Below are positions 34,919 through 36,074 of a stretch of 36,074 bases of DNA, piece after piece. The position numbers and the translations under genes are program-made. Source of the stretch: Octopus sinensis (Eukaryota); assembly GCF_006345805.1 (NCBI RefSeq), contig NW_021826210.1, positions 1 through 36,074 of the forward strand, in the 5' to 3' direction. The number at the start of each line of letters is the position of its first letter. Position 1 is the first letter of the stretch. A model generated the notes under the pieces. It was not told the origin of the DNA. It worked only from the letters and a program-made list of their open reading frames with translations, and did not search any database.

Positions 34919-35339
34919 CATACACATATACACATACACATATATATACACACACATGTACATATATACATATATACATATACATACACACATGCATACA
35001 CATACACACACACACACGCATCTATACATACACATAAGTACATACATGCATAAATGTATACATATGTCTATACATATGCATACACATACACACACACACG
35101 CGCCTCCTTATATACATAAATACATACAAACGTATACATATATACATACATGCATACTCAAATAATAAATAATAAATATATATACATGCAGTCACCCATT
35201 ATACAGACGGATACATACATATAAACATACACATATATACCTATTTACACATATGTATATATATATACATACATACATACACATACACATAACTCTACAT
35301 ACCTACATATACATAAACACACAAGCGTACACATATATA

Positions 35340-35379
<40 letters not shown>

Positions 35380-35490
35380 TATATATATACCACAACACAT
35401 ACATATACACGCACTCACATACATGCGTATATTCCTACTAACACCCATACATTTCTATACATATATACAATACATATATACAAGTGTACA
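34880..35490. repeat. ~600-bp compound (TA)/(CA)/(TACA) microsatellite block
   Basis: Direct reading. Confidence 0.95.
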
Positions 35491-35569
35491 CATACAATAT
35501 GTGAATAGTCTTAGGAGAAAAGGTAATTGGGGGTGCTGGGGGAACAGTGGGGGGATTTGTGGGTGGGGT

Positions 35570-35880
35570 GTCGTCAATCGGGTTGCCGGGTGGGTCTGTA
35601 GTTTTTGTAGTTTGCATAAATTTTATGCATGCAATTTGGGGAGTGTTCCGAGATCTTGTTGAGGAGAGGGCCGTTGGCGAACAAGATCTCCAGGCTCTCA
35701 GAAATGCAAAGGTCACAGCAGGTATGGCCTCCTGTGTACGAACGCGCCCTCTGTAGTAGTCTCCACTTGATCTTGATCTCTCGCTGGTACGCCCACACAC
35801 ACTCGTTCCGGCGACCTGACAAATCCAACCAAACCACCCTCGCCGCCCACATCTGGTACCTTAAAAGGAACTCCATTATT
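35570..35880 (-). mobile_element. Penelope-like element C-terminal (GIY-YIG region) fragment, different family from 25560-27755
   Basis: IKWRLLQRARSY..CDLCISESLEIL..LLNKISE..CMHK is a pattern typical of PLE endonuclease C-termini. Confidence 0.7.
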
Positions 35881-36074
35881 TTTCATCTCCCTATGTGTTA
35901 GTTTTTTTTAAAAAACTATTAGCCAAATATGTATAATATCGGTGCTTATTAATATTAATATATACACTGATATATATTTTGTTTTATTTTGTTCTGTTTA
36001 CCTTCCATTATTGTACCAATGAGTATTATATTATATAAGTGTAGCATTATGATGTATAAGGTTTTTATATTTAC

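Noticed and set aside
34695-35448. ORFs rich in YI/CV/HT repeats (also 160-375, 16288-16527, 25193-25411)
   Set aside because: These are translations of microsatellites.

Overview
This is eukaryotic, AT-rich genomic DNA. The repeat families and microsatellite load suggest a coleoid cephalopod such as Octopus (inference, not verified). The only host coding sequence I can support is one 186-nt, phase 0-0 internal exon of SHOC2/Sur-8 (31408-31593, + strand, canonical ag/gtaagt). No other SHOC2 exon was found, so the rest is probably intron. It is filled with decayed transposons: five mariner copies, RTE-clade LINE pieces and 3' tails, a CR1-type LINE with a 422-aa RT ORF, Gypsy integrase and LTR remnants, hAT, Helitron, pogo/Tigger, piggyBac, Penelope-like elements (PLEs), two tRNA-derived SINEs, a long-TIR non-autonomous element and many microsatellites. 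The most interesting unannotated signals are three minimal hammerhead-ribozyme folds on the minus strand. One has an intact core, one has a G12A change, and one has an apparent compensatory A3-U8 swap of the conserved C3-G8 pair. Also notable are inverted retroelement pairs that could form dsRNA in the pre-mRNA, and an unassigned hairpin array next to a reading frame open on both strands (23.35-23.85 kb). There is no CRISPR array, rRNA or true tRNA, and nothing here is demonstrably a new multi-gene system. TE boundaries are approximate unless TIRs or tails are quoted.
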